DNA of 64,000 nt from Octopus vulgaris. Lineage: Eukaryota. This document shows, piece by piece, positions 39,301 through 52,972 of the stretch (the first letter of the stretch is position 1; every line of letters begins with the position of its first letter). The notes below the pieces were generated by a model, which searched no databases, had not been told where the DNA came from, and saw only the letters and a program-made list of their open reading frames with translations. The translations under genes and the position numbers were made by a program. The DNA is taken from contig OX597814.1 of assembly GCA_951406725.2 (NCBI GenBank), forward strand, positions 16,182,001 through 16,246,000, written 5' to 3'.

Positions 39301-39766
39301 TCATGTCCTATTTTCTGTATCTTCACCTCCACCTTCATGTCCTATTTTCTGTATCTTCACCTCCACCTTCATGTCCTATTTTCTGTATCTTCACCTCCAC
39401 CTTCATGTCCTATTTTCTGTATCTTCACCTCCACCTTCATGTCCTATTTTCTGTATCTTCACCTCCACCTTCATGTCCTATTTTCTGTATCTTCACCTCC
39501 ACCTTCATGTCCTATTTTCTGTATCTTCACCTCCACCTTCATGTCCTATTTTCTGTATCTTCACCTCCACCGTCATGTCCTATTTTCTGTATCTTCACCT
39601 CCACCTTCATGTCCTATTTTCTGTATCTTCACCTCCACCTTCATGTCCTATTTTCTGTATCTTCACCTCCACCTTCATGTCCTATTTTCTGTATCTTCAC
39701 CTCCACCTTCATGTCCTATTTTCTGTATCTTCACCTCCACCTTCATGTCCTATTTTCTGTATCTTC
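39301..39766. repeat. 34-bp minisatellite, about 13.7 near-identical copies
   Basis: Unit TCATGTCCTATTTTCTGTATCTTCACCTCCACCT; one variant base at about 39572. Confidence 0.98.
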
Positions 39767-40123
39767 CCTTCTACGATCATCTTATTCTTCTCTTCGTTCT
39801 TATAAATTTCTCCACCTGAATTTTTTTTCTTTCTTCACCAAGTTTTCTTCGTCATTTTCTCATTTGCTTCTTGTTTACTCTTACTTCGATCTCTCCTTGG
39901 TCGTTTTATTTTTGTTTCGCATTTTTTAGTATTTGTTTTCTGTTACTTTCTCTGTCACTCCCTCTTCCCCACTCTCTCTCCACACACAGGTTGCCTGTGT
40001 GGGTGATTGTACATATATACATATATTCATGTATACATTTATATGTATATATATATATATGTAAATATATATGTATATATATATGTGTGTGTGTGTTTGT
40101 GCATGTATATGTATATATATATA

Positions 40124-40164
<41 letters not shown>

Positions 40165-42660
40165 ATATATATGTATATATATATATATGCATATATATGT
40201 GTATATATATGTATATATAGATAGATATATATATATATATATGAGTGTGTGTGTGTGCGTGTATGCATTGAAGCACATACACACACACACACATAGATAT
40301 AAAATTTGTAAGTTTATTGTACTGACTCTTTCCCTCCCTTCTACTGCAAATTTCTTTTTCATTCTCACTTGTTCTCTCTCAAACTCCGAATCACTTTTCA
40401 TATCGTCTATCTTACACTGTCATTGTCTCACACATTTTTTTTCATCTCTACACATAGTGGCGCTTTAAGTCACATAATCCTTCTTTTAATTTACTCCCTC
40501 GTTTCTTCCTCTTATTTCTTTCACTCATATTCTCCCTCATTCATTTTTATCTAATGACAAAACTCGGCCAGTATCTGTAAATCCAGAATTACCAGCTCAT
40601 TGTAATACCCTATCTATAAAGATAAATCTACTGATCCCTTCTCTCACATTTACTCGTTTCCTCTCGGTCTTCTTAACCCTTTTCTCAATTTTCCCTTCTA
40701 TTTCCTTCTATTTTCGTCTCTTCATTTTTCTTATATTTCCTCTATCTAAATTCTCTTTCCTTCTCTTATTTTTCTTAATCTTTTACAATTTCTTTTGCTT
40801 TTTTCTTCTTTTTTACTCTTGCTTCGACTTCCCTTTCTCATTTTATTTTTGTTTTTCGTATTTGTTATCTCTACCTTCCTCTATCACTCCTGTCTTCCAG
40901 CTCCTCTTTCTCCATCCCCTTCTGCGCCCCCACTGATATTATCTTTGCAGTCTTCACCCTTATTCACGAAGTACAAGAAAACAACACCACCATTCTTGGA
41001 GCTGCTTGTTTCGGCCATGTCCTGCAGCTATTATACAACTAACCACTAGAGTCTCGTAAAACTGATCGTTATATCAGCATATCGGAGGGATAAAGCGTGG
41101 TTTGCTTCGCTATAAGTGTTGACGAAAACAACTGACTGTGTTTTCTTTCTTGCCGCTCTTACTTGACCTTAACACAGCAAACACACAAACAACATTATTT
41201 AAACGACACACAACACGCCGCTGCACACGTAATCACGTTCAGACACACGACAAAAATAACTTATAAACACAAACATAACACGTATACTTTCTTATATATG
41301 TATGTGAATAGATTCAGACATACATACATACATACACTTGTATGAGTTGAGTATTGACGTTGAAGAGGAATATATCGCTTGAAGAAGAGAAAGAAATACG
41401 ATAATTAGTTGGTTCCAACCACTTATAATATAAGTGTATATGGGTGATTCGATGTGGGTAGATGTGCGTTGATGTGGGTTTGGTTCCTTATTTTCTCTGA
41501 AATATGAAACACCGTATGCGTGTATTACTCAAAACTAAGTGGTTCACATATGTATGTATTTACAACCAAACGTTGCGTATATATACACACGTACACTTGC
41601 ACAAAGAAAAATACATTCATAAATGCATACATTGTATGCGTGCATTATATATACGCACGCATACACACACACGTACATATATATATGTTTGCATCTATAC
41701 ATATATATATAGATATGTGTGTGCGTGTCTGCGTGTATGTGTAGACGTGTATATATGTGTGTGTGCACATATATTTATAAAAAACACCAAAAGCATAAAC
41801 ACACGAGAGAGAGGGAGAGAGGAAGAGAGAGGAAGTGAGAGGGAGGGAGCGATGCTTTGCACATCGTATTGAAAACACGACTGTGTTTTAGTAATTTTTA
41901 GCCAAAGATTTTACATATCATCCTATGAGACCGTGGGGTAAAAATATATCTTCTGGATGCACCAACAACAAATATAACGCTGCTTCTTTATTGCCGGCAG
42001 AGGCAATGAGAGTATTGCTAACATTACAATCCAGAATTTATTTTTTAATCCTATAGTTTGATATCATTTATCAAGTGTGTATATTTGTGATTTATCATTA
42101 TTTTGCAATAGTTATGAAACTATTGTTTTACTATTAATCGGCAATTTTTGTAGAGAAATCTGAGAGAACATATGTTTTATTCTCATATTTTCATATCTAT
42201 TTTGTTTTGTGCTGTAATGTATAGTGCGGGTAAATTACTCTACACTATTATTGGGTCTAGCGTTGGAAATATAACGACTACTACTATTGAACTCCTGCAG
42301 TTTATGTTATTCATCTATGCTTTTGAATTTTGTGCAAATCCCAGAGTTCAATCACAGCTTCTACACAATTTATTGACTTGCGGCTTATTATTAAAAAGAC
42401 ACCATTTAATTATAACATTTTTGTTGTATATTGCCAGTGTTACATTATGTATGAGTGAGATGTAGAAAAAAAAAACTCTCTTTAATTGTATTCCTTCCAA
42501 CTCATTCCTGAAGAAGGGCTATAACAGAAACGTCGGCTTTTCTATTCCCCACAGAGAATCGGTGTAATTTTTTGTCGAATTTTCTAAATAATACAAGTCT
42601 TGCCGTCGCAGACCAACGCCAGTTTCTTTCGAATCTGTATGATTGTACATATGTGTTTGC

Positions 42661-42719
<59 letters not shown>

Positions 42720-43351
42720 TGTACGCACGGGTGCGTTTGTGTTTGTGTGTGTTCGGCTGGCTGCAAGCGTTTATTAGAGACTCAAGAGATGAGAATTTGG
42801 AACATTGCCCGCATCAAAGTGTAGATTGCAATGGACAACATTCTCAATCTTTTTGTTGTATACATCACTTCTGAGTTGACAAAACTACTACCTTTCAGGT
42901 ATTTAGTTCTTTTGTCTTTGTTTCACCAATAAACCCATTTATATTCGTGAATGTGTATATGTTTGCGTTTGTCACTGTATGCATTCCTATATGTAAATAT
43001 GTGTGTGTGTTTGGCTCTGTATTAATATATTACTGCAAATGTATAGGTATATTAATTATAGCTTTTAAGTCGAGTTATAAGAAAATATATTTTTTACGTT
43101 GAACTAAAGGATTGCTGAATACTTTGTTGTAACGTATATCTTTTTTTATTTACTTACAAGATTAGAATGAACGTTGGTTTCGAAATCTGAGTCTACACAA
43201 ACCATAGTCGGATGAAGACTAAGTAACTTCGAAGGTCTTATAAAAGACTAATAATGATGTATAAGTGAGCGTGTGTGTATGTATATATGCATAGAAATAC
43301 ACACACTCTCACACACACGTGCCAGCGCGTCTATACATACATACATACATG

Positions 43352-43396
<45 letters not shown>

Positions 43397-43486
43397 GTTT
43401 ATATCTATCTATCTATCTATCTCTCTCTCTCTTTCTATATATATATATATATATATATATGCATATATATATGGGCATGTGCGCGA

Positions 43487-43548
<62 letters not shown>

Positions 43549-45200
43549 GTATATATATATACATATGTATATATTTTATGTATGTTTGTATGCAAGTTTG
43601 TATTTATATAAACGAGAGTGGGTGTGACTGTGTGCCTTCCTGTGTGTCCCATGTGCACTTTATTTCGAATATGAAGTCGAAATTTGCATTTACCATAGTT
43701 TTTATAGTGGTCTTGACGTTGGTGGCGGTGGTGATACGCATTATATCGGCATGAGATATATAAATATGAATATATGTAAGCAGAACAATTAAACACTAAT
43801 AAATATAATGAAAGCAAGGCCTCGATAAAACAAAAATATATAATTAAATATGTAATGAAAAATATTTTTAAAAAAAATATTTGTCGTTGTGCTCTTTGAG
43901 ATAAAGGGTCATGCATGCTAAAAACTGCAAAACATAGAAAAAAAAAGGAAAGGAAAGAAACTAAACCATTTTTCTTTTGTTATCCACGTCCCTATTTTAT
44001 ATTTCATCAACTACCCAGTTCTGTTTCTCCTCTCTATCTCACCCTCACATACTCCATTTTTTTCATTCTATCACTCTCCCTTATTTTGATGATTATAACA
44101 CAGACCTGATTGAGTTAGAGATAATATCATAACGATCACTGCATTGATATCGTCGCCTTCACCCCTGTTAACATTATCATTCTCAAAAATCCGTCATCAC
44201 CGTATTTTTAGTTGTGAGTGTATTAAACGTCATCAACTTGTCCTTATCGTCTATATCATTGTCATCCACGCATCCGGGCATTTTTGTTATCGCTCGTCAT
44301 ATATCATAGGATTTGCTCGTTACTTGTACTATGAACGTTAGAACATATGCGCAGGTGTGTGCTTTCACGCATATACAAATAATATATTAACCGTTCTATG
44401 TGAATGATAATAATGCATGGTGTACGTAGAGCAGGAATGTATGCGTATAAGTAATGGGATAAAAATCTAGTGGAAGAAAGTATGTGTTTGTAGAGTGTGT
44501 GGCTGACATAAAATTATGGTGGAGAGATTTACCTAGGTTTGATGTTGAAATATTTTCACAGTTTACGTTTCAGTAAACAGTGGAAACAAAGCTGTAAACA
44601 GATGTATCAAATTTAGTTCACAACGATCTTTGTAAATAAAGTCGGTCTCTGTTCGGGCTTAGGATTCACGAAAGAATGTATGTAGACACGTAAGTTGATC
44701 AGACAGCATTAGTTGATCAGACAGGATAGTTTCTGGTTGATTTGGGGTAGTTGTAATTTGATTGCTATTCTGAGTCCATATTTGTGCATATTATTCTAAG
44801 ACAAATGCATTCATGGAGCTAAAAGACGTCATTTATACACCCAGGACAATGCATTTATCTAAATATATATCCATTGTGAATGACAGGTATGCACACGCAC
44901 ACGCATACACATACACAGAAACACATACACAAACACACTTATATGCAACTATACACATATACTGCATATATATGTATATATATATAGTTGTCATGCTTGA
45001 CCGCTAATTACACAAGCTTTTTTTTTATTCTTTCTTTGTTTATTATCTCATATTCCTTTCTGTTGAAGAGCGTAGGCTTGAAGCGTAAAGACTTCCTCAC
45101 ATACCCGAGCGTAAAACTAATACACCTGCTTGTTGTTCATACACCTGTCTTCGCCTTTTGTTTTTCTATAAATTTCAACTATATATATATAAATAAATGA

Positions 45201-45351
<151 letters not shown>

Positions 45352-45364
45352 AATAAATATATAT

Positions 45365-45426
<62 letters not shown>

Positions 45427-45429
<3 letters not shown>

Positions 45430-45488
45430 GGTGCCCCAGCATGGCCACAGCTCATGAGCTGAAACTAGAATCAATCAATCAATCAATC
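45427..45488 (+). mobile_element. Isolated LINE 3' terminus with an (AATC)n tail
   Basis: GGCGGTGCCCCAGCATGGCCACAGCTCATGAGCTGAAACTAG matches the 3' end of the 19.8-kb LINE. Confidence 0.75.
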
Positions 45489-45972
45489 ATATATGTATAT
45501 GTATATATATACACACATATGTGCGTCTGTTTGAGTGTACTCTAATAAAAGCTATTGTGCAATGCTTCAATAAATTGTTCTGTGTATATTACAGATATAC
45601 GTGACAGATTTAAATAAAGATTGTTAGGTAACTCACAATAAAGTACTCAGAATAATTTAATTTCAAAATAGTGTATGTCAAGTAAAATATAATTCGCTCC
45701 ACCCTCAGAGCAGAAAAATACTTTTTCGGATTCATGGTTAGAGAGCGAATATGGAAATTAGACTAAATATTTATTGAATATATTCAAGTATTTATATGCA
45801 TGTCAAGAAACGCTCCATACAAAATGTGCAATATGGAATGAAAATTATTTCAATGCTTTTAATGTACGGAAACAAGAGGTTGGTATCTACTGACGGATCA
45901 TTTAAAGTTTATCAACAGTTCCTCAGAGAAGACAGACACAGTGCCCTTCCACAATTACCAAAATAGATCACC

Positions 45973-46012
<40 letters not shown>

Positions 46013-46317
46013 TTTTCTTTAAGTATTGGAAATAGTTTTAAAAAAGTTTTTAGCTGCTATTTCTAATGAGTTCAGTATGCGGCAAAGTAATTTATTTTAC
46101 TAAGCCCTTTTATATAATATATATATATATATATATTACCAGAAAATTACGCTAGCACAGCGGGTAATAGTTTAATTCAGATATTTATCCATTTGATGGC
46201 TTGCTATTAATTAAATAATATATATTTTATTCATAGCAAAGCGAACATCAGAAGAAATGTCTCAAATTGAACATTTCAAATCTGATATGCGTATATACAT
46301 ATATATGTATGTATACG

Positions 46318-46349
<32 letters not shown>

Positions 46350-46387
46350 CGTACAATATAAATATATATATATGTGTGTGTGTGTGT

Positions 46388-46583
46388 ATGTATATAATTT
46401 AGAGAAAAACCTCTGTTTAATAATTCAATAAAGAAAGATGTTATTCATACCATATAGAAACATATAGTATAAAAAAAAACTTATTATTATTCTTTTTTTA
46501 TAGTATATGTTTCTATTATAGTGTGAATAACATCTTTCTTTATTGAATTATTTAATAGATGTTTTTCTCTAAATTATATACAT
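46388..46583. repeat. AT-rich fold-back, about 90-bp arms
   Basis: TGTATATAATTTAGAGAAAAAC...AATTCAATAAAGAAAGATGTTATTCA is mirrored by TGAATAACATCTTTCTTTATTGAATT...GTTTTTCTCTAAATTATATACA. Confidence 0.88.
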
Positions 46584-47401
46584 ATATATATTGTGAAATT
46601 GGATTTAAAATGGTTAAATTGAATTTTTCCCTGTAAATTACGGAAATATATATATATATATATATAAGCATATGTATATATTTATATATAATATATACAT
46701 ATGCGTTTGTGTATATATATATAGAACATGCTTAGAAATATTTACAATTACGTATATCCGGGTATGATCATTAATGCCAGTGTATAGTAAACACCAAAAC
46801 TCGCGCCCGTTTGAATGCAAAGAGCAAAACAGACAGCCAGTCAACCAGCTAAAACGACCCGGATCAACAGACAGACATGCAAACCCACAGACGGATCAGT
46901 GGATAATAAGGAAAAAAGATGACAAACGTACAGGAGGGCGTGTAGGCGGTCAGACAGCAGAAAAAGAAGTCTAAGAGATGTCAATAGCGGATGGTTAGCC
47001 AAGCCTGCTCTTAATCAGACTGGAAAACGACGACTCTCGTGATATTTATTTTATGTTTAACTATCATCACATCGTTACCACAAACCTGAGAACAAACAGA
47101 TGCCGGGATATCTCGCACGTTCATTGATTTTTAGCTAATATAGCTCCCTTTTCAAAATGGCAAGCAATAACTGTATTTTTGCTGTAAGGAAGAGGCACTG
47201 GTGTTCTCTCCAAACGTAGAAGCATTTTTATCAAACATTATCCGATGCTGAATAATAATAATAATAATAATAATAGTAGTAGTAGTAGTTGTTGTTGTTG
47301 TTGTTGTAGTAGTAGTAGTAGTAGTAGCATCAGTAACAATAATAACAATAACAATACTGATAATATTTATAATTACAACAACAATAATAATATTAATGAT
47401 G

Positions 47402-47458
<57 letters not shown>

Positions 47459-47609
47459 CAACAATAATAATGGCAATAATAGCAACAACAATAATGATAT
47501 GACGATCATATTAATAATAATATTCAAATAGGAAAATATTCAAATGTTTAATCTATAAATCCGGTATCTGTGTGAATATGACTGCGTATTTGTGCATATA
47601 TATATGTAC

Positions 47610-47710
<101 letters not shown>

Positions 47711-47712
47711 CT

Positions 47713-47755
<43 letters not shown>

Positions 47756-47799
47756 GTATGTCTGTGTGTCTGTCTGTCTGTCTATTTAACGATCTATCT

Positions 47800-47836
<37 letters not shown>

Positions 47837-47882
47837 TGTGTATATATATATATATATGCATATATATATATATTATATATGT

Positions 47883-47916
<34 letters not shown>

Positions 47917-47924
47917 TATATCAT

Positions 47925-48297
47925 CTTTTATTCTATTAATTGTTTCAGTCAAATGACTGCAGGCATGACAGAGTATTGCTTTTAGTCGAAGAAATCGACT
48001 ATCAAGACTTATTCTTTGTAGCCCTAGTACATCTATCGGACTGTTTTGCCGAAAAGCTAGGTAACGGGGTTGTAAACACACCAGCATTGGTTGTCAAGTG
48101 ATGGTGGAGGGACAAACACGTACACAAAAACACATACACAAAGAACATACGCACACACACACACACACATATATATAAGCATTCTTTTATTCTTTAATTA
48201 TTTTACTTGTTTCAATTATTTGACTGTGCTCATGCTGGAGCACCACCTGGAAGGGATTTTTGTCGCAGAATTCGTCCTCAGGAGTTATTCTTTGTAG
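47925..48297 (-). mobile_element. Two SINE family A 3' fragments in tandem
   Basis: Family tail motifs at about 47940-48125 and 48200-48297. Confidence 0.75.
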
Positions 48298-48298
48298 A

Positions 48299-48843
48299 GC
48301 CATAAATACCAATATAAAGTAACAGAGAACTGGCATGACCATGTACCAAGTTATGCAGGAGGATGGAAAAGTAACGATAATCTGGGATTAGGATTTTCAG
48401 ACGGATCGTGTAATCGAACACTGTAGGCCAGATATTGTCATATTGAGTAAGAGGGACAAATATTGTCATATCAATGTTGTAGCCATACCAAATGACATGA
48501 ATATTGAGAGTAAATATGTTGAAAAATCATTAAGTACTCCGAATTGAATGCAGAAATGGCATGGCTGTGAGGAATGCGAGAGGGTTATGTAAAAGTGATA
48601 CCAGTGGTGATCGGAGCGTTGGGCTCAATCCCATTGAAACTTCAAAACTTCTTAAGGCATCTGGAAATCCCATGCAAGATTGATGTCTTGTAAAAGTCAG
48701 CCTTAATGGGCACAGCGTACATGTAAAGTAAAGTATTATCTGTCTCTAAGTTTCTATTTGTGACTTGACAGATGACTAAAGACTCCGGTGCATTTTCACC
48801 TACACTGTGTTTCGAAATAATAATAATATTAATAATAATAATA
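48299..48843 (+). mobile_element. R4/Dong-type non-LTR retroelement 3' part: restriction-like endonuclease domain, 3' UTR and (TAA)n tail
   Basis: Translation HKYQYKVTENWHDHVP/EDGKVTIIWD*DFQTDRVIEHCRPDIVI..VVAIPND..KYSEL..VKVIPVVIGALGSIP..KSALMGTA is the RPD-type RLE signature; several stops. Confidence 0.85.
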
Positions 48844-48844
48844 A

Positions 48845-48994
48845 AAATTGCACTCCAGGGCACTGCACAATCCTACGCAAAACACTTTCAATACAGTAAC
48901 CATAAGAGTATCACAGCAAACCACAGCACATACCCAAGGCACACAGAGCTGCGCTCGGTAGTGAAGTGAAAGTACGCTATAAAAATAAAACTAT

Positions 48995-49055
<61 letters not shown>

Positions 49056-49064
49056 TAATAATAA
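48845..49064 (+). mobile_element. Second R4/Dong-type 3' end with a (TAA)n tail
   Basis: KIALQGTA/ILRKTLSIQ* is homologous to KSALMGTA..KVLSV; different 3' UTR; (TAA)n at 48997-49064. Confidence 0.75.
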
Positions 49065-49330
49065 TGGTATTTACGGCATAAGAGCCAATGAAGATACACA
49101 CACTTTATTGTGGCGGCGTTTGAATTCTTTTGTGCAAAGGTGTCACGTTCAGTTACCAAGTGAGTTGCATTTTTCACACTATTTCCACAGAGTCTGCATT
49201 TCTGGGTGTCAGAAGTAAAAAATTACCTCGCCCAAGCCATGGCCACGATGCTCTATTATGCTTAACGTATTGTGTATTCATTTCAAACTGGATAGAGAAA
49301 GTCCTACACAATGAGTTTTTCCAAGAACTG
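49065..49330 (-). mobile_element. Upstream (zinc-knuckle) part of the R4/Dong element, inverted
   Basis: Minus-strand SWPWLGRG/KCRLCGNSVKNATHLV..FAQK/FKRRHNKV/YLHWLLCRKY joins onto HKYQYK at 48299. Confidence 0.75.
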
Positions 49331-49771
49331 CGAATGAGGCTGATGAAAAGTCCTAGACATGGTTTATTAAAGAAGGATACGGAATGAGTGAATGTTTGCT
49401 GCTCAAGCACAGGGTTTACGAACTATCTCTGTCACCTGAAGTATTGCTAAGACGGCAGAATTATCTTTGTGTATACTAAATGGAAAAATCATCTGAGATA
49501 GTTAGATACATAATTAATGGATGTTCTCAACTAACCCAAAATATGTAACACAACACGATGACAAAGAAGTAGTGCGAAATACGAGCGTTGTAGAAGAGGT
49601 ATTTGAAGAAGCCTGCTAAGTTTGACTTTGGATTCAAATGATTATAAAATTCTCTGGGTAGAATAAATATTATATTCCTAAACCCAAGATATTATTTTAT
49701 TCTGTTAACACTAAAAAGACATTATGACGCATAAGATGTGAGATCATTCATAAGATATATGGTCTGCTAGA

Positions 49772-49998
49772 ATTATGCGGAGAAAATCCCTGGAGAAGGA
49801 CATCATGCTCAGAATGGTCAGTGGCAAGAGAAGAAGAGGCCGACCAAGAACCCGCTGGGTTGACACTATCAAGAGTGATACCGGAATGGACATAGCCAAT
49901 CTGAAAGAAGCGGCTCTGGATAGAACTGACTAGAGGACACTGATCCAACGAGTAATCGAGAATCGACTTCGACTGAGCGGATAGATAGATAGATAGAT
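49772..49998 (+). mobile_element. RTE/BovB-like LINE 3' end with a (GATA)n tail
   Basis: IMRRKSLEKDIMLRMVSGKRRRGRPRTRWVDTIKSDTGMDIANLKEAALDRTD*RTLIQRVIENRLRLSG* has the RTE C-terminal GxRxRGRPxxRW motif. Confidence 0.88.
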
Positions 49999-50264
49999 AT
50001 AATTGCTTCTTAAATAAGAACGGAGACATTGCAATATATAAACCTAGATAGATGTTTGTTTCAAAATACCCCGAATTGTTAAGAACTGGGCCAAATTTGA
50101 TAATTGGTCTGATAGATCTGAATTATCTTGGAGCGGAACTCGAAAGACAATAAATAATGGTTACTATAGAAGTGATAGATATTACAAAATAAATATATCT
50201 TCAAAGATGTGAGGGTTTGTATTTATTTACATTTGTGCACTTATTCTCTCATTATTTTCATCCC

Positions 50265-50472
<208 letters not shown>

Positions 50473-52352
50473 TTTGTGATTTACCACTGAAATGCGTTGC
50501 TTATTCTGCTTAGGATCCGTTTCGGTTTTCCACCGTTTTATGTTCTTCCATTCTTAGCATTTGTTGGCATGTTGTGCGCGTAAAAAATAATGGTATATTT
50601 TATAAACAGCGTTGTATTTTATGATTGCACATATGGAATTGATTTTGTATATCTCCAGAGGGAGAACGATAATTCGAATCGGGTGATCTAAGATGAATTT
50701 GAACGTACAACTGTGGATTGGGAATCATATAATATAATATGTTATATTGACATACATCTCATCTAATACTTTGTGACGGCTACCTTGCACAAAATGCGCT
50801 GAGATTACTCTATAGCAGTAACTGAATTTTGAGCACCATTCTGTCATTATTTTCAATAACTGACAAGGAAATGAAGAAAATCATAATTTCCATCAAATGA
50901 AATATAAATGAATAAATCAAAGACAAAAATAAAGTAAAAATATAAAATAAATCCTAACATTTTTTTTTTCTTTTTTCACACATAACTCAAAATATTCCAA
51001 TGTGTAATGATGTAATGAATGAGAATAATCAAATCAAATTTGGTACGTTTGAAAGCAATGTCATCGGGAATTGTGAACGATACCCAAATACCCGTTTTAT
51101 TGTTGTTCTGCAACATTTAGTCCTTTTATTGTTTTGTGAAAATTATTGTGATTCACTGCCAGTTCACTAGTATTTTCTCCCAGGTTTCGACACCATGAAT
51201 TACTGGCAATTTTAATATAACATCCTTGTCAGCACAGATTTGAAGGTTGAACATATTCATACTGATGTTGTTGAACCTAAATTTGACACCAACAGACATG
51301 TACAATATTTCCATAAATTACGCTTTTACCCCATCGAGAACCGGCTTTGAGCATGTTTTTGTTTCATTTAGTAAATTTGTTCACATTAATTGTAGAATGT
51401 TCTTCCATTACTACCATTTCAATAGAGTAAAGGTAATAAATTGCTTTTTGTCACGGCAGTGACTAGATGATAGTTGAGGTTTAGCAAATAAAATGGTCGC
51501 CATGTGAATGCTTTTGCCGAAGTTAAAATATAAATACTGTAATATTGGATGTTATATTTTTATAGTAACATATCAATCTAGGAATCTGAATAAATGTTTC
51601 TTCTATTGGTATTTATTACGTAATTTTGCGTGCATTTATATAACTATGGTGTGTTATATACATCGTTATATGCTTACCGGAATAATACAGGAAATTGACA
51701 GAGTTGAAGCTTTTTCTTAAATGCCTTGCTATATTTGTCCCAGCTTGTGCTCTCAAAATACAAATCCCCCTGAGATCAATATTGCATTTTAGCCTCCCGG
51801 TTTCGACACACATCTGGAGACCATGTTGCACTCTCTCACTCATGTCTCATTTCTATCTGGAAGAAATCAGCTGCTGGTCTGGAACTGAAAGGGGATGCCT
51901 TCCGAAACATTTAAAATAAACTTGACACGCTGTGTATCACAAGGTCGTTCCTACAACATTTTCAGAGTTTGAGAGCCTCTCACGAATTCCTGCTTTTAGT
52001 AGAAGACATATAGATCTAGCGGGGATCCAAAACCAGGGGCATTTACGTTGACTTCGTTATATTTACTGAGATTGACATTGAAGAAGGTAAAAATTATTCA
52101 AGAAAGAATTTCTTTGGACGTTTGTTTTTCATTTAAACTTCAATATATCGTAGATATTAAAATCATTAAATATTTATTAGTCAATCATATCAACTCCTAT
52201 TACCTAGTGCATATGTAAAAATGGCATTTCAATGAATTGCAAACATTGTATTTGCTCCTGAAACATACCTTTTAACTTAAAATTAGATCTTACGCTATTC
52301 ACACCCTAGTCTATTACATATGAGCCGAGAGAAACTTGTACCTGGTTAGACA

Positions 52353-52452
52353 NNNNNNNNNNNNNNNNNNNNNNNNNNNNNNNNNNNNNNNNNNNNNNNN
52401 NNNNNNNNNNNNNNNNNNNNNNNNNNNNNNNNNNNNNNNNNNNNNNNNNNNN
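52353..52452. other. Assembly gap, 100 N
   Basis: Run of N. A degraded SINE-B head lies next to it on the minus strand (about 52460-52526). Confidence 0.99.
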
Positions 52453-52941
52453 CATATCGTAAAAACAGACGGAACGTCGCTAAGCATCTTACCCGATCTA
52501 CTAACAGTTCTGTCAGCTTGCCGCCTTTATATGTATAAAAGAATAATAAAACCCGTCTCTGTACAAAAATTAATGCTTAGCTACAATATACAGATATGTT
52601 CATAAAGTATACTAACTCCGTTTTCGTATCAAAATCGATACGATAATCAGGATACACATCTGTAGTTCATTTTGATAACCTACACATAAACCTGTTAAAC
52701 AGGGAAAAAAAATATTAAAGAAATCACTTATGTATCATTAGGATGTACAGTATCTACTGTCACAGGGACCAAAGCTAACAGAAACAAAATGTGTCTTCTT
52801 GAAGTGTATTAAATAAGGCATTATTTAACTTGTAATCTGTCTTATTAATATTTAAAAGAGCCAAAAGTCATTCATTCATTCACACAATTATTGAACTTTT
52901 AGTATTTATTGATAATATAAATGAATCTTTGTGTACGTTCA

Positions 52942-52972
<31 letters not shown>

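Noticed and set aside
39301-39766. CRISPR array or repeat protein
   Set aside because: Contiguous 34-bp units without spacers; unit length is not a multiple of three; eukaryotic context with no cas genes.
46774-46974. 66-aa hydrophilic ORF as an exon
   Set aside because: Resembles decayed (GACA)n sequence; no convincing splice sites or homology.
51050-51450. Possible RTE remnant (LPVIHGVETW on the minus strand)
   Set aside because: One weak motif only; too degraded to list.
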